A stretch of DNA of 61,515 nucleotides, filler included, from Sphacelaria rigidula (taxonomy: Eukaryota), in assembly GCA_964200075.2 (NCBI GenBank). It is 8 parts of 8 records of this genome, joined end to end, with 100 filler letters (N's around TTAATTAATTAA, not from the genome) between each part and the next. Parts side by side here need not be neighbours in the genome. Positions count along the whole stretch, not along the records: positions 30,810 to 38,411 come from CAXNAA020014147.1; positions 38,512 to 46,113 come from CAXNAA020014148.1; positions 46,214 to 53,814 come from CAXNAA020014149.1; 5 more parts are not named here. One strand, 5' to 3'. The number at the start of each line of letters is the position of its first letter. Position 1 is the first letter of the stretch. Below are positions 37,576 to 48,298 of the stretch, one piece after another. Position numbers and translations under genes: made by a program. The notes under the pieces are model-generated. The model was not told the DNA's origin and did not search any database. It saw only the letters and a list, made by a program, of their open reading frames with translations.

Positions 37576-37870
37576 ATATCGATAGCCATTGCCGTAATCA
37601 ATAGGTTTGGTGAGCCATCCATCGATAGTCATTGCCGTTATCAATATATTTGGTGAGCCGTCCATCGATAGTCGTCGCCGTCACCAATAGATTAGGTTAG
37701 CCATCTATCAATACGAATCACCGTCATCAATAGATTTGGTGAGCCGTCTATCGGTAGCCTCTGCCGCCAACTATACATTTTTTGGGTATCTATTAATATA
37801 GACATTGCCGTCAACAATCGATTGTTCTCTGGAGAATCTATCGATAGCCAGTGACGTCAACATAGGTTTT
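37576..37870. repeat. Degenerate ~43-bp minisatellite (about 7 units)
   Basis: Consensus approximately TCTATCGATAGCCATTGCCGTCATCAATAGATTTGGTGAGCC. Confidence 0.8.
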
Positions 37871-38067
37871 GAAGATATATTGCTCACTGTATTGGTCTTA
37901 TGACACCAACGGCAACGTCCTTCACACACAGGCACAAAACTATCTGAGGCGATAGCTGGCCATAGCTTCTGTGAAATAAGGTGGAAACATACATCGAAAA
38001 ATGTGCATACATAGCGCTAGTGATCGACGCCATTCAGCTACTTTTGTGGTCAGCATTAGATGTTGAT

Positions 38068-38275
38068 GGCCGCGATTCAGGTTGCATTGCGACCCGCGAT
38101 TTACATCGGTGGCCACGAATCAGATGATATTGTGAACCTCAATAGACATGATCAATAGTGGGCGCAACTTAGATCCTATTGTGACCAACAATATGTATGT
38201 GTGGCCGCCTGGCAGATCCTGTTGTGATTAGCGATATATATTGGTGGTCGCAATTCAGAGCCTATTGCAACAATT
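38068..38275. repeat. Degenerate ~42-bp minisatellite (about 5 units)
   Basis: Consensus approximately GTGGCCGCAATTCAGATCCTATTGTGACC...ATAT. Confidence 0.6.
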
Positions 38276-38559
38276 AAAATGTACCGATAGACAACTTGGC
38301 CCCTCCATTGTGACGACAACGATACACTTTGCCCCCTGTCCCGAATGCCGCTGGTGAGAGACCCATGAGGCAGTGTAGAAGCCGTGGCTGTCTCTGGAAG
38401 TGGCGATACCCNNNNNNNNNNNNNNNNNNNNNNNNNNNNNNNNNNNNNNNNNNNNTTAATTAATTAANNNNNNNNNNNNNNNNNNNNNNNNNNNNNNNNN
38501 NNNNNNNNNNNCGTCGCCATGTGTTCTCTAACTCTTTGGCCTCTCTCTCGACCCCAAGA

Positions 38560-39260
38560 TATCACAAGCCCATGTTCTCCGCCGCAGTGACCCGAATCGA
38601 GTGCGTCAATAACTGCTACACCGTAAACGAACTATTTCCGTGGCTTTCTTGTGCGATAAAAAGCCGCCGTACCACTTGGGTTCTCCTGGAGGTGGTGACC
38701 CTAGTGTTTGATGGGGCAGCCAGCCTCCTTGGGCCCTTGCGCGTCCAACCGTCCGTACATGGTGTGTCTGGTCAGGCGTGTTTCGTTCTGCTGGACAAAG
38801 CCCCCGGCAAACCGAACCTGACGCTTGCGGACAGTCATCTAGATACGTCCGTAGTTAATCATCTCGACTACAGCCCCGTGCGAAAGAGTCTTGTGACTCT
38901 TTCGACTATATATTCCGTATCTCACCACTAGCAGCTAAAGCTTGTGATGGGCAGACTGTTGAAGTCCTCGGAACGTAACGTCCATGTGGCATATCCTGAC
39001 AGCAGCAGTTCCATCACCTCTGCCTCATGCAGCCGGATTGTTAACGATAGGTGGGCGTTGGGTCTGCCGTGGAGTTGGGAGCGACAGTTTCGGTCATGGT
39101 ACTTGTCTTGCGTTCTGGTGTCACGTTCTGGTCTCGCGGGGAAGGTATAGCCTCCTCAGCCCGCGTCTGCCGCCAGCTTCAATCCGCTGAATCTGGTAAT
39201 ATGTCACACGTGTCTCGACTCCTACCCCGTGCCTTCCGTGACGGTACCCCAAGTCCAATG
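38560..39260 (-). pseudogene. RTE-clade LINE ORF2 C-terminal remnant
   Basis: Manual minus-strand translation with stops and frameshifts: SQLHGRPNAHLSLTIRLHEAEVMELLLSGYATWTLRSEDFNSL...TVRKRQVRFAGGFVQQNETRLTRHTMYGRLDAQGPKEAGCP, resembling the RTE LLYGCxTWT and RRLxFAG...GRP region. Confidence 0.7.
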
Positions 39261-40361
39261 AAAGCTCTTCTACCGCGGGGTTCAGTGTGGATCTCGGTAC
39301 AGAGCGAAACTCCGCAGCTGCAGGAATTAAACCTGGAGATCTACACTTGTTACCGTGGAGTTGTGATCTGGTAGTACATTTTCAATACTCGATGGTTACA
39401 AAATACATATTTTTTAGGTCCGCGATAGTCTCGGCACGAACAGGTACCGTTCTGCCCGGAAATGTTATGGCCCGAAAATATAATTCGAAACAAGGCATAC
39501 CACAAGGCTGTCTTCAATTACGGGTTTTGGGAAATGGTGCATGGTAGGGTACTTTTTTTGTCGCGGTTTGCTGATATGTCCAGTGTGCGAATGTGGTGGG
39601 GTGCGATATGGTACGGGGTGGCGATTTATCTCCTTTGGGTTTGCCACTTGTGGCGCGTGAAAGAATGTACAAACATCGATACCTCGACATACAGTATCAA
39701 AGGTTCGAGATAGCCTCGCCGGTGGGTTCGGGAGTATGCATGATCACGCGAAATACACGTGACTACTGTTGGTGAAAATGATCACACATGACCGTGTATG
39801 AACTGGATACAAGTCTCACATCATGGCTATCTTTAGAACGGATGGCAGAAGCAAAGATGTGACGTGACCATCCTTGAAACAGGCCCAAGTCTCACGTGAC
39901 CATTTTCGAGTTGGTTCAGGAACACTGGCACTTGAGCTGACACGGTTGTGAAGGCAGTGTAGCACTAAACACGTTTGCCCAAGCTCAACGGTTACGACTC
40001 GGACTCGTCCGTAATTTTGATATTTCCGTCGTAGGAGTCACCAATCACACGACTCAATAGCCGTCGGACGACTGCACGTTCAAAGGCTGTCTCGGGATGA
40101 TTTTTCACGTGCTCCCGATTCACATCTAAAGTTGTTCAAAGGTGATCATCTGAGACATTTGCCCGCGTCAAAGATGGTTCCGTGAACCTTTCCACTGCTG
40201 CTGGTCTTCCTGGAAGTGGAGATATACAATTTTGTGCTTTTGTTTTCAACCATAGTCGTTGCGACGAAGAATGTGCAGGTCGTGGTGTACCCTTGGAGTC
40301 CATGTGTGAGCATATTCACTCACATGCGTCACACTCCCCAGCACCAGACACAGTATGCCTT

Positions 40362-40451
40362 CAATAGAGGTATCTCAAACTAGAGGTTCCCGATGCGTTA
40401 TGAACTACTGTGATAGATACCGGGAATGCCGAGTTTGAGATACGTCCATTG
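40362..40451. mobile_element. 90-bp MITE; related copy at ~14876-14967
   Basis: TIRs CAATAGAGGTATCTCAAACT and AGTTTGAGATACGTCCATTG; the reverse complement aligns to 14876-14967. Confidence 0.6.
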
Positions 40452-43400
40452 ACGGCTGGAATATATGTCTGACGAAGAAGGATCACTTGGAACGAGCAGC
40501 GAACCAACCAAGACTTGGGTGGCGGTCGATGTGAACAACTCGGGTGTTGGTGTTTCTCGAACTTTCCGACGCCAGTATTAAGGGCTGCTGACCGTCGAAA
40601 GGCAAAGAACTTTACTTTGCAGCGGTCATATCTGAACGAATCCGTCGACGAACACCAATAAGGACTAGATACACGTTTTAATAAGCAGAACGGTGTTCTG
40701 TATCAGCGCGCACAGTACGATAGCGACGAACGCGATGTTCCTCGTGCTTTGGTGCTCCCCCTCGTGATTATAACATTTCCATCTTTTGCGCGCTTTTTCG
40801 GGCTTCGTGTGCTATGATGTTTGCTATTGTTACGCCGACAGCAGGAAAAAACGGATTTGCTCATATACCGAGGGATGGGTAGTTTTTTACACGGCATATT
40901 GTTTCTACATACTGGGCAATATGCAATCAATACATGCAATACAATATGACTTAAGTGTACCGCGTGAGGCATAGCCTACAGCAACTGTTGAACCACCTAT
41001 TGTCTAGGGTGCGGGACATTTATCGTCTTTCTTACGTGCCCATCTTCTTCAAGCGGTTCTACGATGGAAATTTAATACTTGTGCCCTATTCGAAAATGGT
41101 CCCGTAAGATGTTCGCTTTTGCCGTTCCGTTCACCGATGATCATGTGACACTTGTGTCGGGTTGAAAGATGGTTGGGCGAGGGCATGCTGTGCACGTGAA
41201 TACCCTCGCTAGGTTCAATGCTTCTCAAGGTTTTATTTGGCAAACCCGATATTGGATAGGCTCAATGTTCCCAGGGGACTAAGCACGCTCCGGTGCTGAC
41301 TGAAAAGCAGCACGGCACACACGTCAGCCCACGCAGAGAATCGTTGGCGAGCATCTGTGCAGACGACCGTACCTCGATCAAGTAGCCTCACTTGTGCCCA
41401 CCGGCTCGGCTCTTAGAGTTATCCGTAGCACCAACTCCGCTGCGAATCAACACCCTCACCCATCATGTACTTGGTGTGCGGTTGTGCGTTATTTTCGACC
41501 TTAACGGCACACCTCTTGGAACGAATACACACACGAGAGATGAAACCGTGATCGTTGGTGTACTGGCTCACCGTGGATCGAGATTTGTGATCTTCCTTGG
41601 GAGATTCCGACCAATGATGAGCGCCTGCAGCTGCATTGCCCGCTGGTTGCATGCGTACCTTTGCATGTAAAGTGGCGAGAGCACAGTGAAGGTGGTTCAT
41701 AGGCGACGGATTTCACCCCCAACCAAGATAGTGGAGGAGTCACTTTCAATGATATGCCGTGGAATCGGATATCGCAGTTGCGCCACCTCAACTATAGGTC
41801 TTTCGAGCCGTGTAGGCGCAGCGTTCATCCCTTCGCATCGAGCCCTTGTGCTGGCGTTGTAAGACGCTGAGACGCTGCCAGCACAGCACACTACGCGTAA
41901 GGGTTAACAGGAGATCTAGCACATCCTCACTTCAGAACGTATATGTCCGACATACATTAAAAAGCTGTTCGCTCTTGGAGGTATATGTCCAACACGCGTG
42001 GGGTACCTGTTCACTCTAAGAAGGCTTCGTCGAATATGTGCAGGTATTGTTTCAGGTTAGAACAACTTTGCGGAATATCGGCAGCTACGTGCCACTTCAG
42101 AACAAATTACTCCAACTTCGCCAGATATCTTTGAGCTTGAAACAATTTTCTTGAACGCTGTCAAACATCTTCCGGCTTGAAGCAAGTTTCTCGAACGTTT
42201 TCTAGATATTTTTCAGGTCAGAACATGGTTTTCCAGAACACGTCTAGACAGAATGATGTTCACAGCGACGACCATATCATTTCAGGCTATCTCGAATATT
42301 CGTACCTATCGTGTATAGCCATCATGTATTCATCCACCAGCTTTATAATTCAAGTCTTTGCTCCCCTCACCCATCTTGTGTCCCGCTCGACGTCCGGCGC
42401 TTCCCTGATGTGGCACTCCGATACGGCGAAGAGAAGCATGTAGTCGCCATGCACATCGTGTAGACACGATAAAGTTAGAACCCAAATCCCTCGATGAAAC
42501 CGGTGACACAGATGATGGATACTCACTTGCAAGCCAAATGGCAACAAAAAACAGTAAAGTACTGTAGCTTCGGACGATGACGAAATGTTATTAGCTTGTA
42601 CTTCTTGAAACGAATACACACATGCGTACGGCAGAAACGCGCATGCGTACGCAAAAAGAACAAAAATTACGAATACGGGACGCCATGTGCGCGCGTGTGC
42701 ATTGAGATTTGGCAGCTAATTTTTTTCTCTTCGCCTGTGCACATATTAGCTTCAACACGAGATTTGTAATACCTGGTCTTTCGAGGGTCACTTAAGACGC
42801 TGTTGAGGAAACAGGGAACCTCTTTTTTTTTTTTCGGTCGTCACATACAACGGGAGTGAAGTAGATCAGTGGTCTGCGAGGTCGGGATGGTTCTCCCAAA
42901 CGTGTACAGGTGTCTATGAGTATATAATAACTGTCTCCAGTTATGTCAGGTATTGCGAAAATACGAAGCAAAGTCCTCAAGCGTTGGCAGGTGTTGTGCA
43001 AGCCCGGATATATATCTGTGATGGGCCTGTCGCATCCCTCCAGGTTTCATTGTCACAGCCAAGCACGATTTGGCATTGGATTTTCGGCTAGTAGGTTTTT
43101 CTGCAACACATATATTTATATTTGTACTTCACCGGTCCTACAGTTGTTCTCGATGCCTACTGCCGTAGTGTAGAGGATATCGTCATCCGCCGAATCCTGT
43201 TGGGCAGTAGGTTTGTATGGGTCAGCATATAAAGAGGGCCGTGTCAGTGGGCGCACGTGTCTCGTACTCTTCTGGATTATGCAGAGCAGATGCAATGCCA
43301 TTGTTTCATGAAACCAATTGAACTCCTTGCCAGCTGTAGCTCACGACCAGTTTTCCGGCGTTTGTGCGATCGTGCTTCCCGCAAACGTTTGTTCTAGAAG

Positions 43401-43545
43401 GAGGACGACGCGAAGAGGGAGCTGACGGCCGACGTAATAACTTAAGGTTGCATCAACGAGGGCTGCTCCACCATAGAGTTATACAGTTTGAAAGGCTATG
43501 AGGCAAAGTTCTACTCTTAGCACACCAGGGCGGGATTGGTAGAGT

Positions 43546-45858
43546 GTGGTGAAGTCTGGCGACGAGGGCCGCCTACAGCATCCTTCGAATGGTGTACCAG
43601 GAAGCAAGACGGGGGAATTCTCCTCCCAGCACGCCAAGGCGGGGATGGTTAATGTAATGAAACGGTGCGGCGACGAGGGCTGCCTCAAGCAAGCGTTGAA
43701 TGGTGTAGCAGAAACCACGAAGGCGGGGTTCTGCTCCGAGCACGCCAGGGCGAGTGCAGTGAATGTGGTGAGCAAGATATGCGGCTACAAGGGGTGTCTC
43801 AAGCAACTGTCGTATGGTGTAGCAGGAAGCAAGATGGAAGAGTTCTGCTCCGAGCACGCTAGGGCGGGAATGGTAAATGTGATGAACGAAAGGTGCGGCT
43901 ACGAGAGCTGTCTCACGAAACCGTCATATAGTGTAGCAGGAAGCAAGGAGGCGGAGTTCTGCTCCGAGCACGCTAGGGCGGGAATGGTATATGTGGTGAA
44001 CAAGGGATGCGGAGACGAGGGCTGTCTCACGAAACCGTCGTATGGTGTAGCAGGAAGCAAGAAGGCGGAGTTCTGCTCGGAGCACGCTAGGGCAGGAATG
44101 GTCAACGTGGTGAACAAGAGATGCGGCTACGAGGGCTGTCTCAAGCAAGCGTCGTATGGCGTAACAGGAAGCAGAAAGGCGGAGTTCTGCTCTAAGCACG
44201 CCACAGCGGGAATGGTAAATGTGGTGCACAAGAGGTGCGGTAAGGAGGGCTGTTTCAAGCAAGCGTCGTATGGCGTAACAGGAAGCAGGAAGACGGAGTT
44301 CTGCTCTAAGCACGCTAGAGCGGGAATGGTTAATGTGGTGCAGAGGAAGTGCGGTAAGGAGGACTGTCTCAAGCAACCGTCGTATGGTGTAGCAGGAAGC
44401 AGGAAGGCGGAGTTCTGCTCCAAGCACGCCAAAGCGAGAATGGTAAATGTGATGCGAAAGAGGTGCGATAAGGAGGACTGTCTCAAGCATCCGTCGTATG
44501 GTGTAGCAGGAAGCAAGAAGAGGGAGTTCTGCTTCGAGCACGCCAGAGCGGGAATGGTTGATGTGGTGAGCAAGAGATGCGGCTACGAGGGCTGTCTCAA
44601 GCACCGGTTGTATGGTGTAGCAGGAAGCAAGAAGCGGGAGTTCTGCTCCGAGCACGCTAAGGCGGGAATGGTCAACGTGGTGAATAAGAGGTGCGGCTAC
44701 GAAGGCTGTCTCAAGCACCGGTTGTATGGTGTAGCAGGAAGCAAGGAGGCGGAGTTCTGCTTCGAGCACGCTAGGGCAGGAATGGTCGATGTGGTGAGCA
44801 AGAGATGCGGCTACGAGGGGTGTCTCACGCAACCGTCGTATGGTGTAGCAGGAACCAAGAAGGCGGAGTTCTGCTCCGAGCACGCCAGGGCGGGAACGAT
44901 GAATGTGGTGAGCAAGCGATGCGGCGACGAGGGGTGTCTCAAGCAACCGTCGTATGGTGTAGCAGGAAGCAGGAAGGCGGAGTTCTGCTCGGAGCACGCC
45001 AAGGGGGGAATGGTCAACGTGGTGATTAAGAGGTGCGGAGACGAGGGCTGTATCAAGAGATCGTCGTATGGTGTAGCAGGAAGCATGAAGGCGGAGTTCT
45101 GCTTCGAGCACGCCAGGGGGGGAATGGTCAACGTGGTGAGCAAGAGATGCGGCTACGAGGGGTGTCTCAAGCACCCCTCGTACGGTGTAGAAGGGGGCAA
45201 GACGGCGGAGTTCTGCTTTGTGCACGCCAGGGCGGGAATGGTAAATGTGAAGAACAAGGCGCAATTCTTCCGACAGCATGCTACTACACAAAACACAGCA
45301 GCGGTGTGCAACACCGCAGAAGTCTCCGCTCGGGTGGCCATCTCCGGCCTTAGCCCTGCGAAGGATAGTCGAGGAAGCGTTTTTGATGTACGTGGAATAA
45401 AACGCAAACGCCCAGCATGCTCGGGCTCTGGTTCAAGTCCCGTGATCGGTACTTGCCGTGGTGTCTGCCCCAGTCCCAGGCGAGATGACACACCACTACC
45501 CTTACTCTCAGTACAAATAACCTCAGGATACGATGGTGAGGTGTCGTTAGAGACAAAGGCAGGGTCAGGAATAAGGGTAGAGCCGGCAGTCTTCTTTTTA
45601 GCGCACTGTGGCCCTAGGGCCGGAGGGCGTAAGGAACAGGCGTCCAATTCAAGTGCTACAGCCAGCGTAGGTGGTAGTAGCAGCTCCAGTAGCAGTGGTA
45701 GCGGTATGGGTACGAGATGGATCAATCAGTCGTCAGCAGAGGTGTCTGGTTGCCTTGGCATGTTTGATAATATGCCAAATGAAGAGGCAGAGGAAACTTT
45801 GAGCGTGAAGTTGGAGCTAGGAGTGCCTAGTCTCCCTCCTCGGACGTCCGGCAGTTGA
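43546..45858 (+). CDS. EsV-1-7 domain (Cys/His zinc-finger-like repeat) protein, intronless, with 14 intact repeats and 1 degenerate repeat; first ATG at 43645
   Basis: 770-codon open frame; 38-aa (114-bp) unit KRCGYEGCLKQPSYGVAGSKKAEFCSEHARAGMVNVVS with C-X4-C-X16-C-X2-H spacing, the EsV-1-7 motif; Ser/Gly-rich tail with IKRKR. Confidence 0.9.
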   Translation: MVKSGDEGRLQHPSNGVPGSKTGEFSSQHAKAGMVNVMKRCGDEGCLKQALNGVAETTKAGFCSEHARASAVNVVSKICGYKGCLKQLSYGVAGSKMEEFCSEHARAGMVNVMNERCGYESCLTKPSYSVAGSKEAEFCSEHARAGMVYVVNKGCGDEGCLTKPSYGVAGSKKAEFCSEHARAGMVNVVNKRCGYEGCLKQASYGVTGSRKAEFCSKHATAGMVNVVHKRCGKEGCFKQASYGVTGSRKTEFCSKHARAGMVNVVQRKCGKEDCLKQPSYGVAGSRKAEFCSKHAKARMVNVMRKRCDKEDCLKHPSYGVAGSKKREFCFEHARAGMVDVVSKRCGYEGCLKHRLYGVAGSKKREFCSEHAKAGMVNVVNKRCGYEGCLKHRLYGVAGSKEAEFCFEHARAGMVDVVSKRCGYEGCLTQPSYGVAGTKKAEFCSEHARAGTMNVVSKRCGDEGCLKQPSYGVAGSRKAEFCSEHAKGGMVNVVIKRCGDEGCIKRSSYGVAGSMKAEFCFEHARGGMVNVVSKRCGYEGCLKHPSYGVEGGKTAEFCFVHARAGMVNVKNKAQFFRQHATTQNTAAVCNTAEVSARVAISGLSPAKDSRGSVFDVRGIKRKRPACSGSGSSPVIGTCRGVCPSPRRDDTPLPLLSVQITSGYDGEVSLETKAGSGIRVEPAVFFLAHCGPRAGGRKEQASNSSATASVGGSSSSSSSGSGMGTRWINQSSAEVSGCLGMFDNMPNEEAEETLSVKLELGVPSLPPRTSGS

Positions 45859-46497
45859 TGCATCATGTGTCGTTCATGATTTGGACGTGTAGATTGAACG
45901 CAGAGTATGCGAGCGTGTGCTATCGTGCACCGTCGACACTTTTAGACGAGGAGCGGTTGGTAAAGATTATTCTTTTTCGTCAAAGGTGTTAGTGAGGTTG
46001 TCGGGACCTGATGTCCGAAGGCAAAGTTTCATCAAGATCTCCATACGTCGGACGAGCCATAACTCGTCGAGACGAGTGCACTCGTTGATGTTTTTCGAAA
46101 ACACAACGAGCATNNNNNNNNNNNNNNNNNNNNNNNNNNNNNNNNNNNNNNNNNNNNTTAATTAATTAANNNNNNNNNNNNNNNNNNNNNNNNNNNNNNN
46201 NNNNNNNNNNNNNCCACCCCAAACGGTGATGGAAGATCAAAGACCACAGCACAAGAACGCGCGGCATCAACCACTATTGAGTGATCACGCGATAGCCCCC
46301 CCCCCCCCCCCCGAACCAACCTCAAAATGACCATACAGCGCATGAAGCCCCTCATATTGGGGACATTGGCGAAAGCGATCCCAAGCGTGGGACTTCTCAG
46401 CTTCTCGGTGTTCGGTGTTCTCGGTTTCCGTCATTTCGATTAGCATATAGATTTTGCTTCCTCAAACCGGCCACTTTTCTTGGGGGGGGGGGGGCTA

Positions 46498-46860
46498 TCA
46501 TGACATTACTCCATTAACTCCTGCCCCTGGTGCCTCCGCGGGGACGTTCAGGACAGAACGACACCTAGAACAAACAGGCAACATACGAAACAAATCATTG
46601 CTACAGAAGCTACGGCTAGATAACGAGGATTTACTCAAAGTGCCTGTACCTCCGTCGTCGTCATTGCCGTCAGCATCTCCTGTGTCTTTCTCCACCGATG
46701 GTGCCGGCACACACGCCGGCCCGTTTCCCCTGGCATAGACGATTGCCTGCAGGAGCAGTTCTGGCGGCTCGTACCCGATACCTCCGCTGATGGTATAGGA
46801 AACCAGGGTGCGTGGCTCGAAGCCCACCCCTGCCTCGTCTTCATCCAGACGGGGCATGTC
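46498..46860 (-). CDS. Exon C (probably terminal; 3' end uncertain) of the same unknown protein
   Basis: ttcccAG|GAC acceptor in phase 0; DMPRLDEDEAGVGFEPRTLVSYTISGGIGYEPPELLLQAIVYARG; a short extra intron near 46566-46649 is possible. Confidence 0.55.
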   Translation of the reverse strand, partial: DMPRLDEDEAGVGFEPRTLVSYTISGGIGYEPPELLLQAIVYARGNGPACVPAPSVEKDTGDADGNDDDGGTGTLSKSSLSSRSFCSNDLFRMLPVCSRCRSVLNVPAEAPGAGVNGVMS

Positions 46861-47751
46861 CTGGGAACATCCATACGAGGAGCGGAAGAAGGGGGACGTA
46901 TGCTCACGAAAAGTCTGCGCGAAGGGGAAGCGAGTTGGGTGCAAAATTCCTGCCTCACGAAAAAAAAAAGAGAAAAAGCAGCACGTGGACTTCGAGACGC
47001 GCTCGATCGGTCTCTGAAACGCGTGCGGCAACTCTGGAGAACAGTATGTGAACATGTATGTACACGCGCAACTCATCCCAGAAATGATCATTCCGCGAGA
47101 TTTCGTGGCAGCGCACGCCATGGTTGGGTTTGCCTTGCGTAGCGCGCTGGCGAGCGGAGAGATTACGTAGCGTTGTGTGCTTAGCTCCCAATATGAGAGC
47201 AAGCTCATCGACTAGAGTAGCGGGTGCAAGTAAGTCACCAGCCCGTGCCTTCGTGCCCACCAGCCGGTTGGGATTTCTTGCTCGATGGAAGCTGTTGCCC
47301 AAGTGGTGGCGTTGGGCTCCGCTTTATTACGTTGGGTGCTCGTTTTCGTGGCACATGGGTTTGATTTCCAGGTTCAACAGCATGTACCCACAAGCATGAA
47401 CTCGTTTCAGGGGAGCATCAGAACACGTGCCCAGGCAAAAAGTTTTATCAAGAAGCAGGTCACAATCGGTTGGCACCATTCAAGGACCAGGGTTCAACGT
47501 AGGTGTCTGAAAACTCAAGGTCAGGTGAGTAGGAGCCGCCTGCAGGCCATGAAAAACACTTGGTACCGACGTCCTGCTCCCAGTCCCTCGTTCGGAACCT
47601 ACAACAACTATCTTCACTAGGTCGAAATCTAGTCATGAATACGGTTCTTGCATGCCCATCACTGTGACTGATAGTCACACATTATCCCTACTAGCCTTAG
47701 TCCACACTAAAAACTTGAAAAAAAATCAATGAGGACATTGCAGGTGTTATG

Positions 47752-48219
47752 CCAACTCTAATGGGAGCCGTTCAAAATTCCTGTCGAAAACTGCCTTTTG
47801 GGCCCTTCTCTGTCGATTTACGCTCGAAAAGAGGGCTACGCAGATGTTGACGCCTTGGAATGATTTGCTATACTCGTTGAGACCGTTCTAGGGCAACTCT
47901 GCATTTCCCGCTGGCCGCACCTTTGTTTTTGACCAAATCAGCCCAAACACGAATTCTCCGTAAAAAACGGTCAGGTGATCAAAATCTCCCTCCGTATTTT
48001 GATCGCTTGACCGTTTTTTATTGAAAATCCGTGTGCGGCCTAAAATAAAAGTGCGGCCAGCGGGAAATGCAAAGTTGCCCTGGAACGGTCGCAATGAGTA
48101 GAGCATGTCATTCCAAGGCGTCTGTACCCGCCTAGCCCTCGTTTCGGGCGTGAAGCGACGTAAAAGGGTCAAAAAGGCAGTTCGAAGCAGGAATTTTGAA
48201 CAGCTCCCATTAGAGTCGG
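47752..48219. mobile_element. ~470-bp intronic foldback element (near-complete hairpin)
   Basis: Arm matches ACTCTAATGGGAG/CTCCCATTAGAGT, GACGCCTTGGAATGA/TCATTCCAAGGCGTC and TGCATTTCCCGCTGGCCGCAC/GTGCGGCCAGCGGGAAATGCA. Confidence 0.85.
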
Positions 48220-48298
48220 TCTTACAACGGCCAACAGGTGCCCTATGTACACAAACAAAAACACCACCTTCTACACCCACAAAAACGATTGTACCCAC

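Noticed and set aside
37576-37870. Possible CRISPR array
   Set aside because: Whole units are homologous with no unique spacers, so it is a minisatellite.
43924-45291. 455-aa antisense ORF and other overlapping ORFs over the EsV-1-7 array
   Set aside because: Shadow frames of a 114-bp tandem repeat; the plus frame carries the conserved Cys/His motif.
43400-45900. Integrated phaeovirus (endogenous giant virus) segment
   Set aside because: No viral core genes or gene-dense intronless neighbourhood seen; the flanks contain host-type LINE and MITE remnants, and EsV-1-7 genes are a resident brown-algal family.
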